DNA of 64,000 nt from Desulfatiglandales bacterium. GTDB taxonomy: Bacteria > Desulfobacterota > DSM-4660 > Desulfatiglandales > Desulfatiglandaceae. The stretch covers positions 640,001 to 704,000 of the forward strand of contig OY762721.1 in assembly GCA_963666345.1 (NCBI GenBank). Reading direction: 5' to 3'. The translations under genes and the position numbers were made by a program. Below are positions 53,042-61,470 of the stretch, one piece after another. The notes beneath the pieces were generated by a model. The model was not told where the DNA came from. It saw only the letters and a program-made list of their open reading frames with translations, and did no database searches. How positions within the stretch are numbered: the first letter of the stretch is position 1; every line of letters starts with the position of its first letter.

Positions 53042-53411
53042 CTCTGGTAATCCTCCTTTTGAACAATTTGATTGACCCGCTGCTGCTTCTGCTGTTATAG
53101 AGCATCTCTGGTGATTAACCGGTTTTCATCGCAAAGGGAGTTCTTTCCGTTTTTACCTTCGAGGGCCTGTTGTTAATACCACAGCGCATCATGTGGCGCA
53201 CTGCCAAAAGGCCACTTTCTTACAGCAGGGTCTATCTAGGCCATACTTTCGGCCTAAATAAAAATAGAAACACACCGGTTAGTCAAGTGAATTATCCCTG
53301 AGGCGGCTTTTCCCAAACCACTCCGGGTCAAGTCTTAACACGATACCGCACCAATGAAAAATCCGCCCTTGATTAAAACCCCTTTTTGCAGCATCATGAA
53401 AGGAATTCGTA

Positions 53412-54146
53412 ATGAGCAATAACGATTTTGACAGTAAAACCGAAAGGATGGATGGGGATCATGTATTTGCTTTTGCCTGTTCTGCGGAACTGCCATGCTT
53501 TACGAAATGTTGCAGAGACGTTGCCATCATTTTGACTCCTTATGATGTCTTGAGGTTAAAGAATAACCTCAGGATTACCTCTGAGCAATTTCTCGAAAAA
53601 TATGCGATCATAGTACCAAGGCAAAATCGTCTGATTCCGATGGTAGCGCTCAAGATGAATGGAAGTAACAAGGAGTGCCCTTTTGTTGCGAAGGAGGGAT
53701 GCACTGTTTATCAAGACAGACCCTGGCCCTGCCGCGTGTTCCCACTTGACATGAACGATGACGGTACGTTCCGCACAACTGCGGATCCTTCACTGTGCAA
53801 AGGTCTGAAAAATGAAAGAAAACAACGCATATCCGACTGGCTGATTGAGCAGGGAGTTCCGGTTTATGACGAGATGAATGTGCTTTTTTCAAAAATCACA
53901 TCTCAGCTTCTTTCTCAGGAACTGGATATTGATAACCCACAGATCAGTAAAATGACCTTTATGGCACTTTATAATCTGGATAAATTCAAAAAATTTATCT
54001 TTGAAAGTACATTCATGGATCGCTTCGATATTGATACGGCCAGGATCGAAAAACTAAAAAGAAATGACTTGGAGTTATTAAAATTTGCATTTGAATGGAT
54101 CAGTTTTGGTCTTTTTGGGGAAAAAACTCTCTCGATAAAGGACTAG
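53412..54146 (+). CDS. YkgJ-family cysteine-cluster (CxxCC, putative Fe-S/Zn) protein, copy 1
   Basis: FAC.....CFTKCC.D....LTPYD, CPFV..EGC.VY.DRP..CR.FP and CKG motifs. Confidence 0.88.
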   Translation: MSNNDFDSKTERMDGDHVFAFACSAELPCFTKCCRDVAIILTPYDVLRLKNNLRITSEQFLEKYAIIVPRQNRLIPMVALKMNGSNKECPFVAKEGCTVYQDRPWPCRVFPLDMNDDGTFRTTADPSLCKGLKNERKQRISDWLIEQGVPVYDEMNVLFSKITSQLLSQELDIDNPQISKMTFMALYNLDKFKKFIFESTFMDRFDIDTARIEKLKRNDLELLKFAFEWISFGLFGEKTLSIKD

Positions 54147-54198
54147 GACTGGTAAAAACCTTTCGGCTGAAAGCCATGTTTTCAGGGACTGAATAGGC

Positions 54199-55023
54199 AT
54201 GGTTCATACCGGTTTTATGGCAAAAATAAAGACATCGGAATCTGAAAAAATATTCTCTCCTTTTGAGGGCGATTCATTCCGCTTCAACTGTCACAGATAT
54301 CTTGAATGTTTTAACAGGTGCTGTGCAGACCTGCGCCTCATACTCACCCCATTAGATATAGTCAGAATAAGAAAAAGGCTTGGCATATCCTCCTCTGTCT
54401 TTCTTGATAAATACACCGAGACCGTGAAGGTTGAATACAGCAGCTTTCCCATGGTAAAGCTGCGTATGGAAGATAACGAATCTCACACCTGCCCTTTTGT
54501 ATCACCCGAAGGGTGCATTATTTATAAAGATCGTCCTACTGCATGCAGACTTTATCCTATAGGCAGGGCTTCATCAAAAGTTGAAGGAGAAAACGGCCTA
54601 AGAGAAAAATTTTTCATAATCAGGGAACAGCACTGCCTGGGATTTAGAGAAAATCGTTTGTGGAAGCTGGATGAATGGCTCGACCATGAGGGGATCAGGC
54701 AATATGATGAGATGAATACTCAATGGATTGAGATAACCTCGTCTTCCAATAGGCTCAGGGGAGGAGGCGATTTGACAAAAAGGCTTAAGATGTTTTTCAT
54801 GGCCTCCTATAATCCTGACAGATTGAGAGATTTCTTTTTTGAAAGCAGTTTTTTCTCACAATTTCATGCATCAGACGATCTGAAAGAGGCCCTTAAATCA
54901 GATGACCTGGAGTTATTAAAATTTGGTTTTCTCTGGCTAAAATTCAGCCTTTTTGGAGATAAAACCTTGAAACTTGAGGCCTCCCCTGCTCAGAACCGGA
55001 CTACTAAACCCAGGCATGTATGA
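54199..55023 (+). CDS. YkgJ-family cysteine-cluster protein, copy 2
   Basis: FNC.....CFNRCC.D....LTP.D, CPFV..EGC.IY.DRP.ACR.YP and HCLG motifs. Start may be 54217. Confidence 0.88.
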   Translation: MVHTGFMAKIKTSESEKIFSPFEGDSFRFNCHRYLECFNRCCADLRLILTPLDIVRIRKRLGISSSVFLDKYTETVKVEYSSFPMVKLRMEDNESHTCPFVSPEGCIIYKDRPTACRLYPIGRASSKVEGENGLREKFFIIREQHCLGFRENRLWKLDEWLDHEGIRQYDEMNTQWIEITSSSNRLRGGGDLTKRLKMFFMASYNPDRLRDFFFESSFFSQFHASDDLKEALKSDDLELLKFGFLWLKFSLFGDKTLKLEASPAQNRTTKPRHV

Positions 55024-55049
55024 CTCTGTCTTCTTCGATATAAAGTAAC

Positions 55050-55810
55050 TCATTTCCTGGCCACCCTTGAACCGATGTAACCAGGCAATTCACAAATAAG
55101 GGCATCTATCTCAGCTCCTTTATTGTTCAAAAACTGCAGGATACCGTCTGATTTTGATTTCAATACAAATTCGTCTCCACTCCTGATTTCATCGCCCTTT
55201 ATAAGCATATCCTCTTTGAAAAGAAAATCTATTATGGCATCATCGGCATCAAACTGCACATCGAATCTCTTTTGCAGATACTCCAACCAGAACCCATATT
55301 CTTGCGGATGGTCCAGGTGTTCCACAGGAATTCCAAGTTCAAAGCTCAGAGGCCTTGAGATACCTGGAATAAGCCTGGAACCACCTAGATAATCAAGAAC
55401 GTGAGCGGTCTGGTGAATCAGTGAACTGTCTCCTATGTTTCTGGAAATCGCTACATAGATATTATCAGGATCGCTCTCCTTGGTCTTTAAGACATTGACG
55501 ACTACGCCGCCTGAACCCTTTGCCTCATTGCTTGAAAAAGTTGGACCTGAGACATCCAAATCAACATAGCGCTTCAAATCTATGAACCTTATACCGACCC
55601 TGCTGCCGGTCAAATCCTTAATATCAAGCGAATCTTTTATCTCTATTGAGCGCCCATATTTCACTTCAGGCAGAGAGGTTATTGTGCGACTCTTCTCGAT
55701 CGAAAAGTCGACCCATTCTGAAAGAGCTCTTCCTCCCTGCCGAGATGACAGTACTTGAATTTCTTTCCGCTGCCACAAGGGCACGGTTCATTTCTTCCGA
55801 TCTTTTTCAT
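55050..55810 (-). pseudogene. SEC-C motif protein split by a 1-nt frameshift (or a sequencing error)
   Basis: ATG 55810 gives [33 protein letters not shown], which stops at 55679. The long downstream ORF is in the -1 frame; one extra G at 55712-55714 fuses them. Confidence 0.8.
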
Positions 55811-55916
55811 ATTGAAGGACCCATCTTTCTATTACCGGCAACTGGCGCCCCTGTTTTACTTCCTGTATGGACACCAAATTAAGGGCTGGGGATTCCTCAT
55901 TATCCGGATGCTGACA

Positions 55917-56186
55917 TCAATCTCCTATAATGCGATCCTTGTGGGCATCATAAGACCAGCAGGGCAGCGGTCCACTGGCTCCTGTCTCCGGATTATACCT
56001 GTGTCTGTAGCTCGCCTTGACATTTTGCGTCTTCATCATATGATCCCAGCCGCGCACAAAATAGGGACACATATCATTGAAACATACCCACTGGAAGCCT
56101 GTACCCCAGGTTGAATCAGAGGGATTGCCCCATCTTTTCATGTCACCTCCGCAGTGCGGGCATTTGGAGATATCCTTTTCACTCAT
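55917..56186 (-). CDS. Small zinc-ribbon protein (Ogr/Delta-like zinc finger type), 89 aa
   Basis: CPHC...CFNDMCPY motif; GGAGGAG RBS; starts 32 nt after the hdrB stop. Confidence 0.8.
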   Translation of the reverse strand: MSEKDISKCPHCGGDMKRWGNPSDSTWGTGFQWVCFNDMCPYFVRGWDHMMKTQNVKASYRHRYNPETGASGPLPCWSYDAHKDRIIGD

Positions 56187-56218
56187 TTACTCCTCCAATA
56201 GACAGATTTCCGTTCTAT

Positions 56219-57097
56219 CTAACCGATTGAGGCATGTAAAACACCTTCAGGGGGTATTATATTGTAATCCAAGGCAGCATCCTTCTTCCAGTCAAGGCCA
56301 AAGGCAACGGCCATAAGTTGAGTCAAATAGACTATGGGTACGTCGAAGTCGGTCCCCAGCGCCTTATTTATTCTACCCTGGTAGTTCTCCAGATTCATTG
56401 CACACATCGGGCAGACGGTAGAAACCATCTGCGCACCGTTTGAAAGGGCATCGGCAAGTATTTCACTAACAAGTCCGAAGCAATACTCCATCTCCGTAAG
56501 AAATATGCCCGAGCCGCAGCACCGCATTTTTTTTGGAAAGGAAACGGCCTCAATTCCCAGGGCCTCAAGTAATAAATCCTGTATAACGGGCTTTTCCACA
56601 CTGTCATATTCACCATACGGCCGCACCGACTGGCAACCGACATAGCCTCCCACCTTTAATCCGTTAAGCGGTTTGACGACATTTTCCCTTATGCGATCGA
56701 CTCCTACATCGTGAAAAAGCACATCCATTATGTGCCTTACCCTGATGGTTCCCTTATAACTGAGGCCGCCTTCCGCAAGGATCTCATTTACCTGGGAAGC
56801 AAGCTGCTCATTTTCCTGAATCTCATGATTTACCTTATTCATCTGGATGTAACAGGAACTGCATGGCGCGACTATATCGTAATCCCCCTTCGTCTCTGCA
56901 AGGGCCAGGTTACGCGCGTTTAGTACCTTAATGGAAAGGTCATTCGCACCCACATAGGAGATACTGGCGCCACAACAATTCCAGTCGTCTATCTCCTCAA
57001 ACTCCATTCCCAGACTTTTACAGGCAGGCTTCAGGGAGGCCAAAAAATTAGAACCACTCGCTTCAAGGGCGCAACCCCAGTAAAGAAAATATTTCAT
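56219..57097 (-). CDS. hdrB: Heterodisulfide reductase subunit B-like protein (two CCG domains)
   Basis: YWGC, WNCCGA and PCSSC; YVGC, RCCGS and VCPMC..NL. Confidence 0.92.
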   Translation of the reverse strand: MKYFLYWGCALEASGSNFLASLKPACKSLGMEFEEIDDWNCCGASISYVGANDLSIKVLNARNLALAETKGDYDIVAPCSSCYIQMNKVNHEIQENEQLASQVNEILAEGGLSYKGTIRVRHIMDVLFHDVGVDRIRENVVKPLNGLKVGGYVGCQSVRPYGEYDSVEKPVIQDLLLEALGIEAVSFPKKMRCCGSGIFLTEMEYCFGLVSEILADALSNGAQMVSTVCPMCAMNLENYQGRINKALGTDFDVPIVYLTQLMAVAFGLDWKKDAALDYNIIPPEGVLHASIG

Positions 57098-57684
57098 GAC
57101 CCGCCACCTCCCTTCCCTATTTCCCCGGCCTTATCAAGCATCCTTCTCAGAGAATCGATACCCTTGATCTTTTTCTCAGGCAGAAGTTTCATCCTCTTGT
57201 GCAAAAACATCACTATACCCATGTCCATCATCTCCAGGGTCTTTTTAAGCCCCTGGAAAAATCCTTCTAGAAAAAAGTAGCGCCTGGAGAGTTCCTTTTC
57301 ATCAATCCTGCCGATTCGATAGATCTGTTTCCAGAATTCACCGGCAAAACCGCAGGTTTCCTTTCTCGGGACATAGCCCTGTTTTACAGCATAATTTGCC
57401 AGGCCGTGCATTACGTCCACCACAGGTATCCCTCGCGGACAACGTACCTGGCATGCATAGCAGGAGGTGCATAGCATTATGGCCTCACTTCCTAGAACCT
57501 CTTCCCTTTTACCCGCCCTTACCATTGAGAAGATTTTCCTTGGTGAAAAGTCCATCTTGAGACTCAAAGGACATGATGCAGCGCATACCCCGCACTGCAT
57601 GCACATCTTTATTTCATCACCGAAATCCACATTACGGAAGACCTCCTGAGTAAATGAGGGGTTATAGTTCACACCATCTTTCAT
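57094..57684 (-). CDS. hdrC: Heterodisulfide reductase subunit C-like 2x[4Fe-4S] protein
   Basis: CMQCGVCAASCP and CTSCYACQVRCPRGI motifs; no TM domain; ATGA overlap with hdrB. Confidence 0.9.
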   Translation of the reverse strand: MKDGVNYNPSFTQEVFRNVDFGDEIKMCMQCGVCAASCPLSLKMDFSPRKIFSMVRAGKREEVLGSEAIMLCTSCYACQVRCPRGIPVVDVMHGLANYAVKQGYVPRKETCGFAGEFWKQIYRIGRIDEKELSRRYFFLEGFFQGLKKTLEMMDMGIVMFLHKRMKLLPEKKIKGIDSLRRMLDKAGEIGKGGGGS

Positions 57685-57760
57685 AAGCGACCTCTTTCTA
57701 TTATTGATTTCCGAATGAAAAGATCAAATTGACCCCTAATCAAAAAAATAGACCTTTTCC

Positions 57761-59992
57761 CTACCAGCCTTTAAAAGGATTGGGGCCCACCTTCTCTATC
57801 GTCTCCATGAATTCGCCGATGATCTTGGGTATTTTTTCGTAATCGGTAATTCCGACCTCTTCAAACCTTACCCTTTCAGATTCAAGGGCAAGCCTGTCAA
57901 GGGTCTCCGAGACCTTGCTGAGTCTTGTGCTTGCAAGCTCGCTTCCCTTGACAAAATGGCACTGGTAGTCGTCTCCGTGCCTGCAGCCTAAAAGAAGAAT
58001 CCCGTCAATACCCCTTGAAAGGGCATCGGCTATCCACACCAGGTTGAGAGACCCTAGGCACCTTACAGGGATAAAACGCACATAGGGGCTCCACTTCATT
58101 CTCTTTATTCCTGCCATATCAAGGGCGGGATAGGCATCATTTTCACAAATCAAGGCAAGGACTCTCGGCTTTTCTTCATCCTCTTCAGGGACATTGATCG
58201 CCTTTATCATGTTTCCTATCATACCCACTGAGTAGTTCTTAAAAGAGATAACTCTTTCGGGACAGGCCCCCATGCAGACCCCGCATCGTCTGCACCTGGT
58301 AGGGTTGGGAATCGGATTTGCCTTTTCATCCTCATTAAAGACCCCGAACGGGCACTCTTCGGTACATCTCTTACACTGTGTGCACCTCTGAAAATTTATC
58401 TCAGGATAGGACATGTCGCCCGATCTGGGGTGAACCGCCAGCCCTTGAGCAGTAGCCTCAACACATTGAATAGCCTTCATGGCGGCGCCTGAGGCATCAT
58501 CCACAACCTTTGCCGACTCCATAGGCCTTCTCACGCACCCTGCGGCATATATACCAGTCCTTCGCGTCTCATATGGAAAGCATATAAAATGAGAATCAGG
58601 GAAACCATATTTCAGGGTAGGCAGTTCAGGGCCCTGACGATATTTAAGGTTGAGCGTGGTTGAGGCAAAAAAACCTGAATCGGCCGCCACCTCAATCATT
58701 CCTTCTTCATCCGCACCCTCTGAACCTTCAGGCGCCTTGATTTTAGGCGTCACTTCCGGTTTGGTGGCCGGAACCATTCCGACGGCAAGAACAACCATGT
58801 CAAGATCTTCAATTTTTATCTTTTCGCCCAGAAGTTCATCATCGGCCTCCACGAAAAGTTTTTCCCCTTCTTCGTCGATATTTGAGACCGCACCTCGGAT
58901 AAATATATTGCCTTCGTCCTGTGCCTTTCGGTAAAAATCCTCAGACTGACCGACCGTTCGCATATCCTTATAAATGATGTAATTGACGGCCTCCGGATTC
59001 TGCTCCTTCACATAGGAGGCATGTTTCAATGAAACAAGACAGCATACAGAAGAACAATAAGGCAGATGATCCTGGTCCCTTGAACCGGCGCACTGTATAA
59101 AAAGGACATTTTTTATCTCCTTCCCGTCAGAGGGTCGGGTTATATCCCCATTGGCCGCAATCTGCTCGAATTCAACGTTTGTGACAACATTTCTGAATTT
59201 GCCGTAACCCAGATGCTCCAGTTTATCGGCATCATAAGGTACCCAGCCGGTAGCCTGAACTACGGCACCCACCCTTTCTGTTGCGCTGCCTCCATTCGAG
59301 TTTATCTCTACGGAAAACAGTCCTGGCGCCCCCTCAATACCGGCTATAGTGGATGAAGTGTAGACCTTTATATTTGTATTCGCCTGCACCTGCTTTATCA
59401 TATCCTCAGAGCCGGTTTCAGAAATCTCCTTATATGGCATGGTAACACGTTTTTTGCATTTTCCCAGAAATCCCCCCAGCTTATCCTCCTTTTCGACCAG
59501 GATAGCCATGTATCCCGCCTTTGCCGCATCCAAAGCGGCTGTCATACCTGCTATTCCACCTCCTACAACAAGTATGTCTTTTGAAAATCCCTCCTCAGCC
59601 TCAAAGGGAACGGGCAATTCCATATCATTGACCTTTTTACAGGCTATCCTGAGGTTGTCCTCGGCCAGCATCTGGGTATCTTCCTCCATGGCAGCCTGAG
59701 TCCACGCAACCTGCTCCCTTATATTGACCCTCTCAACAATCTTTTCAGGGCCAAAATCAAACACATCGTAATTAACCCTATGGGAGCAGGCAGCGATTAT
59801 AAGAGTATCTATATCTTCCCCTTCGATATCCTTCCTGATAATCTCAATACCTTCCGGTCCGCAAAGAAAGGGATGTGACTTGCATAATGCAGGGCTGTAT
59901 TCATCATTGGCCACCTCGGAGAGCTTTTCCGCATCTATGGCCTCTCCAATTCCGCATCCGGTGCATATGTATACTGCCGTCTTTTTATCCAT
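57761..59992 (-). CDS. qmoB: QmoB (HdrA-like flavoprotein + ferredoxin + MvhD-like domain)
   Basis: YICTGCGIG, GGGIAG, QCAGSRD..HLPYCSSVCC, YGFPDSHFICFPYETRRTG, two CxxCxxCxxxCP motifs and GCRHGDDYQCHF. ATG start at 59992. Confidence 0.95.
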   Translation of the reverse strand: MDKKTAVYICTGCGIGEAIDAEKLSEVANDEYSPALCKSHPFLCGPEGIEIIRKDIEGEDIDTLIIAACSHRVNYDVFDFGPEKIVERVNIREQVAWTQAAMEEDTQMLAEDNLRIACKKVNDMELPVPFEAEEGFSKDILVVGGGIAGMTAALDAAKAGYMAILVEKEDKLGGFLGKCKKRVTMPYKEISETGSEDMIKQVQANTNIKVYTSSTIAGIEGAPGLFSVEINSNGGSATERVGAVVQATGWVPYDADKLEHLGYGKFRNVVTNVEFEQIAANGDITRPSDGKEIKNVLFIQCAGSRDQDHLPYCSSVCCLVSLKHASYVKEQNPEAVNYIIYKDMRTVGQSEDFYRKAQDEGNIFIRGAVSNIDEEGEKLFVEADDELLGEKIKIEDLDMVVLAVGMVPATKPEVTPKIKAPEGSEGADEEGMIEVAADSGFFASTTLNLKYRQGPELPTLKYGFPDSHFICFPYETRRTGIYAAGCVRRPMESAKVVDDASGAAMKAIQCVEATAQGLAVHPRSGDMSYPEINFQRCTQCKRCTEECPFGVFNEDEKANPIPNPTRCRRCGVCMGACPERVISFKNYSVGMIGNMIKAINVPEEDEEKPRVLALICENDAYPALDMAGIKRMKWSPYVRFIPVRCLGSLNLVWIADALSRGIDGILLLGCRHGDDYQCHFVKGSELASTRLSKVSETLDRLALESERVRFEEVGITDYEKIPKIIGEFMETIEKVGPNPFKGW

Positions 59993-59996
59993 CGAG

Positions 59997-61265
59997 TTAC
60001 CTCCTCGCAATTGTTTGAATAGCCTTTAAAGCGGCGGCTGTGCCATCCTGTACGGATGAGGCGACCTCAGTGGGTCTTCTTACACAACCGGCACCGTAAA
60101 TACCGGCCTTTTCCGGATCAAAAGTCATAAATCCATATTCATCATAGGAAACATCGGGTGAAGGTTCGATACCGATACCGTTGGGGACCATTCCTGTGGC
60201 AAGCACTACCATATCGCATGTTGTCCTTATCTGCTCACCCGTATTCGTGTCCTCTCCCTCAAGGAGCAGGTTCCCTGTTTCAGTATCCTCAGTTATCATT
60301 GCTATCTTACTCTTTACAAAAGAAATCTTTTCATCTTCCTTGACCCTGTTATAGAAATCCTCCAGCCGATCAATGGCCCTTATATCTATAAAATAGATAG
60401 TGGCCTCACTGTCGGGATATTGCTCTCTCAGGTATGTGGCCTGCTTCATGGAGGCCAGACAACAGACTCCTGAGCAGTAAGGCAGATGGTTTTCATCCCT
60501 TGAACCGGCGCATTGAATAAAGGCCACATTCTTTGGTTCATTACCATCCGATGGTCTGAGGATCTTCCCGGCAGTTGGTCCATCCTGTGAGGCAAGACGC
60601 TCCATCATCACATTTGTTATCACATTCTTGTATTCGCCGAATCCGTAATATTCGATCTTTGACGCGTCGTAGGGATCCCATCCCGCGGCCCATATAATGG
60701 CACCCGCCTTTATATCGAAGAGGACTTTTTTCATCTCTAAGTCAATGGCATCATATTCACAGGCATCCCTGCATTTTTCAGCCTCGTCCGTGCCTACAAT
60801 CGAAGGATCAAGCACATACCTCATAGGAAACGCGAATTCATGCGGCAGATAGGCAGCCTTTATTTTATCCATGCCATAGTTGAACGGGTTGTCTATCTCT
60901 GTTTCGCATACCTCCGAGCATTTTCCGCAGCATGTGCAGTTTTCAGTGACATATCTGGGCGAAATTTTGACTGTCACATCGTAATCCCCTTTAACACCAG
61001 ATATCTTTGCCGGCTCCGCCATTGTAAAAAAGCGAATTCTGGGGTTCTGCTTCATCCTCCTGAAGTTGATCTCAAGCCCACAACTTGGGGGACATAGCTT
61101 CGGGAAATACTGATGCAGCTGCGCAACCCTTCCTCCAAGATAAGGCATCTTTTCGATCAGCACCACTTCATAACCGGCCTCGGCCGCCTCAAGAGCCGCC
61201 GTGATACCGCTCATGCCGCCTCCAACCACCAGTATAGTCTGGTTTGTAGTCTCTACTCCCGACAT
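59997..61265 (-). CDS. qmoA: QmoA (HdrA-like flavoprotein)
   Basis: VGGGMSGITAALEAAE, YFPKLCPPSCGLE, QCAGSRDENHLPYCSGVCC and VQDGTAAALKAIQ motifs; follows aprA. Confidence 0.95.
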   Translation of the reverse strand: MSGVETTNQTILVVGGGMSGITAALEAAEAGYEVVLIEKMPYLGGRVAQLHQYFPKLCPPSCGLEINFRRMKQNPRIRFFTMAEPAKISGVKGDYDVTVKISPRYVTENCTCCGKCSEVCETEIDNPFNYGMDKIKAAYLPHEFAFPMRYVLDPSIVGTDEAEKCRDACEYDAIDLEMKKVLFDIKAGAIIWAAGWDPYDASKIEYYGFGEYKNVITNVMMERLASQDGPTAGKILRPSDGNEPKNVAFIQCAGSRDENHLPYCSGVCCLASMKQATYLREQYPDSEATIYFIDIRAIDRLEDFYNRVKEDEKISFVKSKIAMITEDTETGNLLLEGEDTNTGEQIRTTCDMVVLATGMVPNGIGIEPSPDVSYDEYGFMTFDPEKAGIYGAGCVRRPTEVASSVQDGTAAALKAIQTIARR

Positions 61266-61407
61266 TGTCACCTCCGAGGTTGTAGTTTTTCCCTTTAAAG
61301 CGATTTGGAATACCTGCTTACTATAAAAAACGCATTTCGTCCATAGCCACCCTATGCGGTGTGCCTATAGACCAGATCCGCCGTCATTGAAAGCAAGTAA
61401 GAGGGAT

Positions 61408-61451
61408 AAAAAATATGCTCCGGACACCCAGGTAATAGGTGCCCAGAGCAT
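61408..61451 (-). terminator. Rho-independent terminator/stabilising hairpin after aprA
   Basis: AUGCUCUGGGCACCUA-UUACC-UGGGUGUCCGGAGCAU-AUUUUUU; the stem is complete only on the minus strand (G:U pairs). Confidence 0.8.
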
Positions 61452-61470
61452 TATCATGAAAAATTGACAG

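Noticed and set aside
53074..53232. 6S RNA
   Set aside because: The ends can pair, but the interior folds as branched stems rather than a long rod with a central bubble, and the synteny is atypical.
55917..56186. Ogr/Delta-like zinc finger as evidence of a P2/P4 prophage
   Set aside because: No phage genes nearby; the gene is embedded in the qmo-hdr unit.
56219..61265. Selenocysteine recoding in Hdr/Qmo subunits
   Set aside because: No in-frame TGA; all motif positions are Cys.
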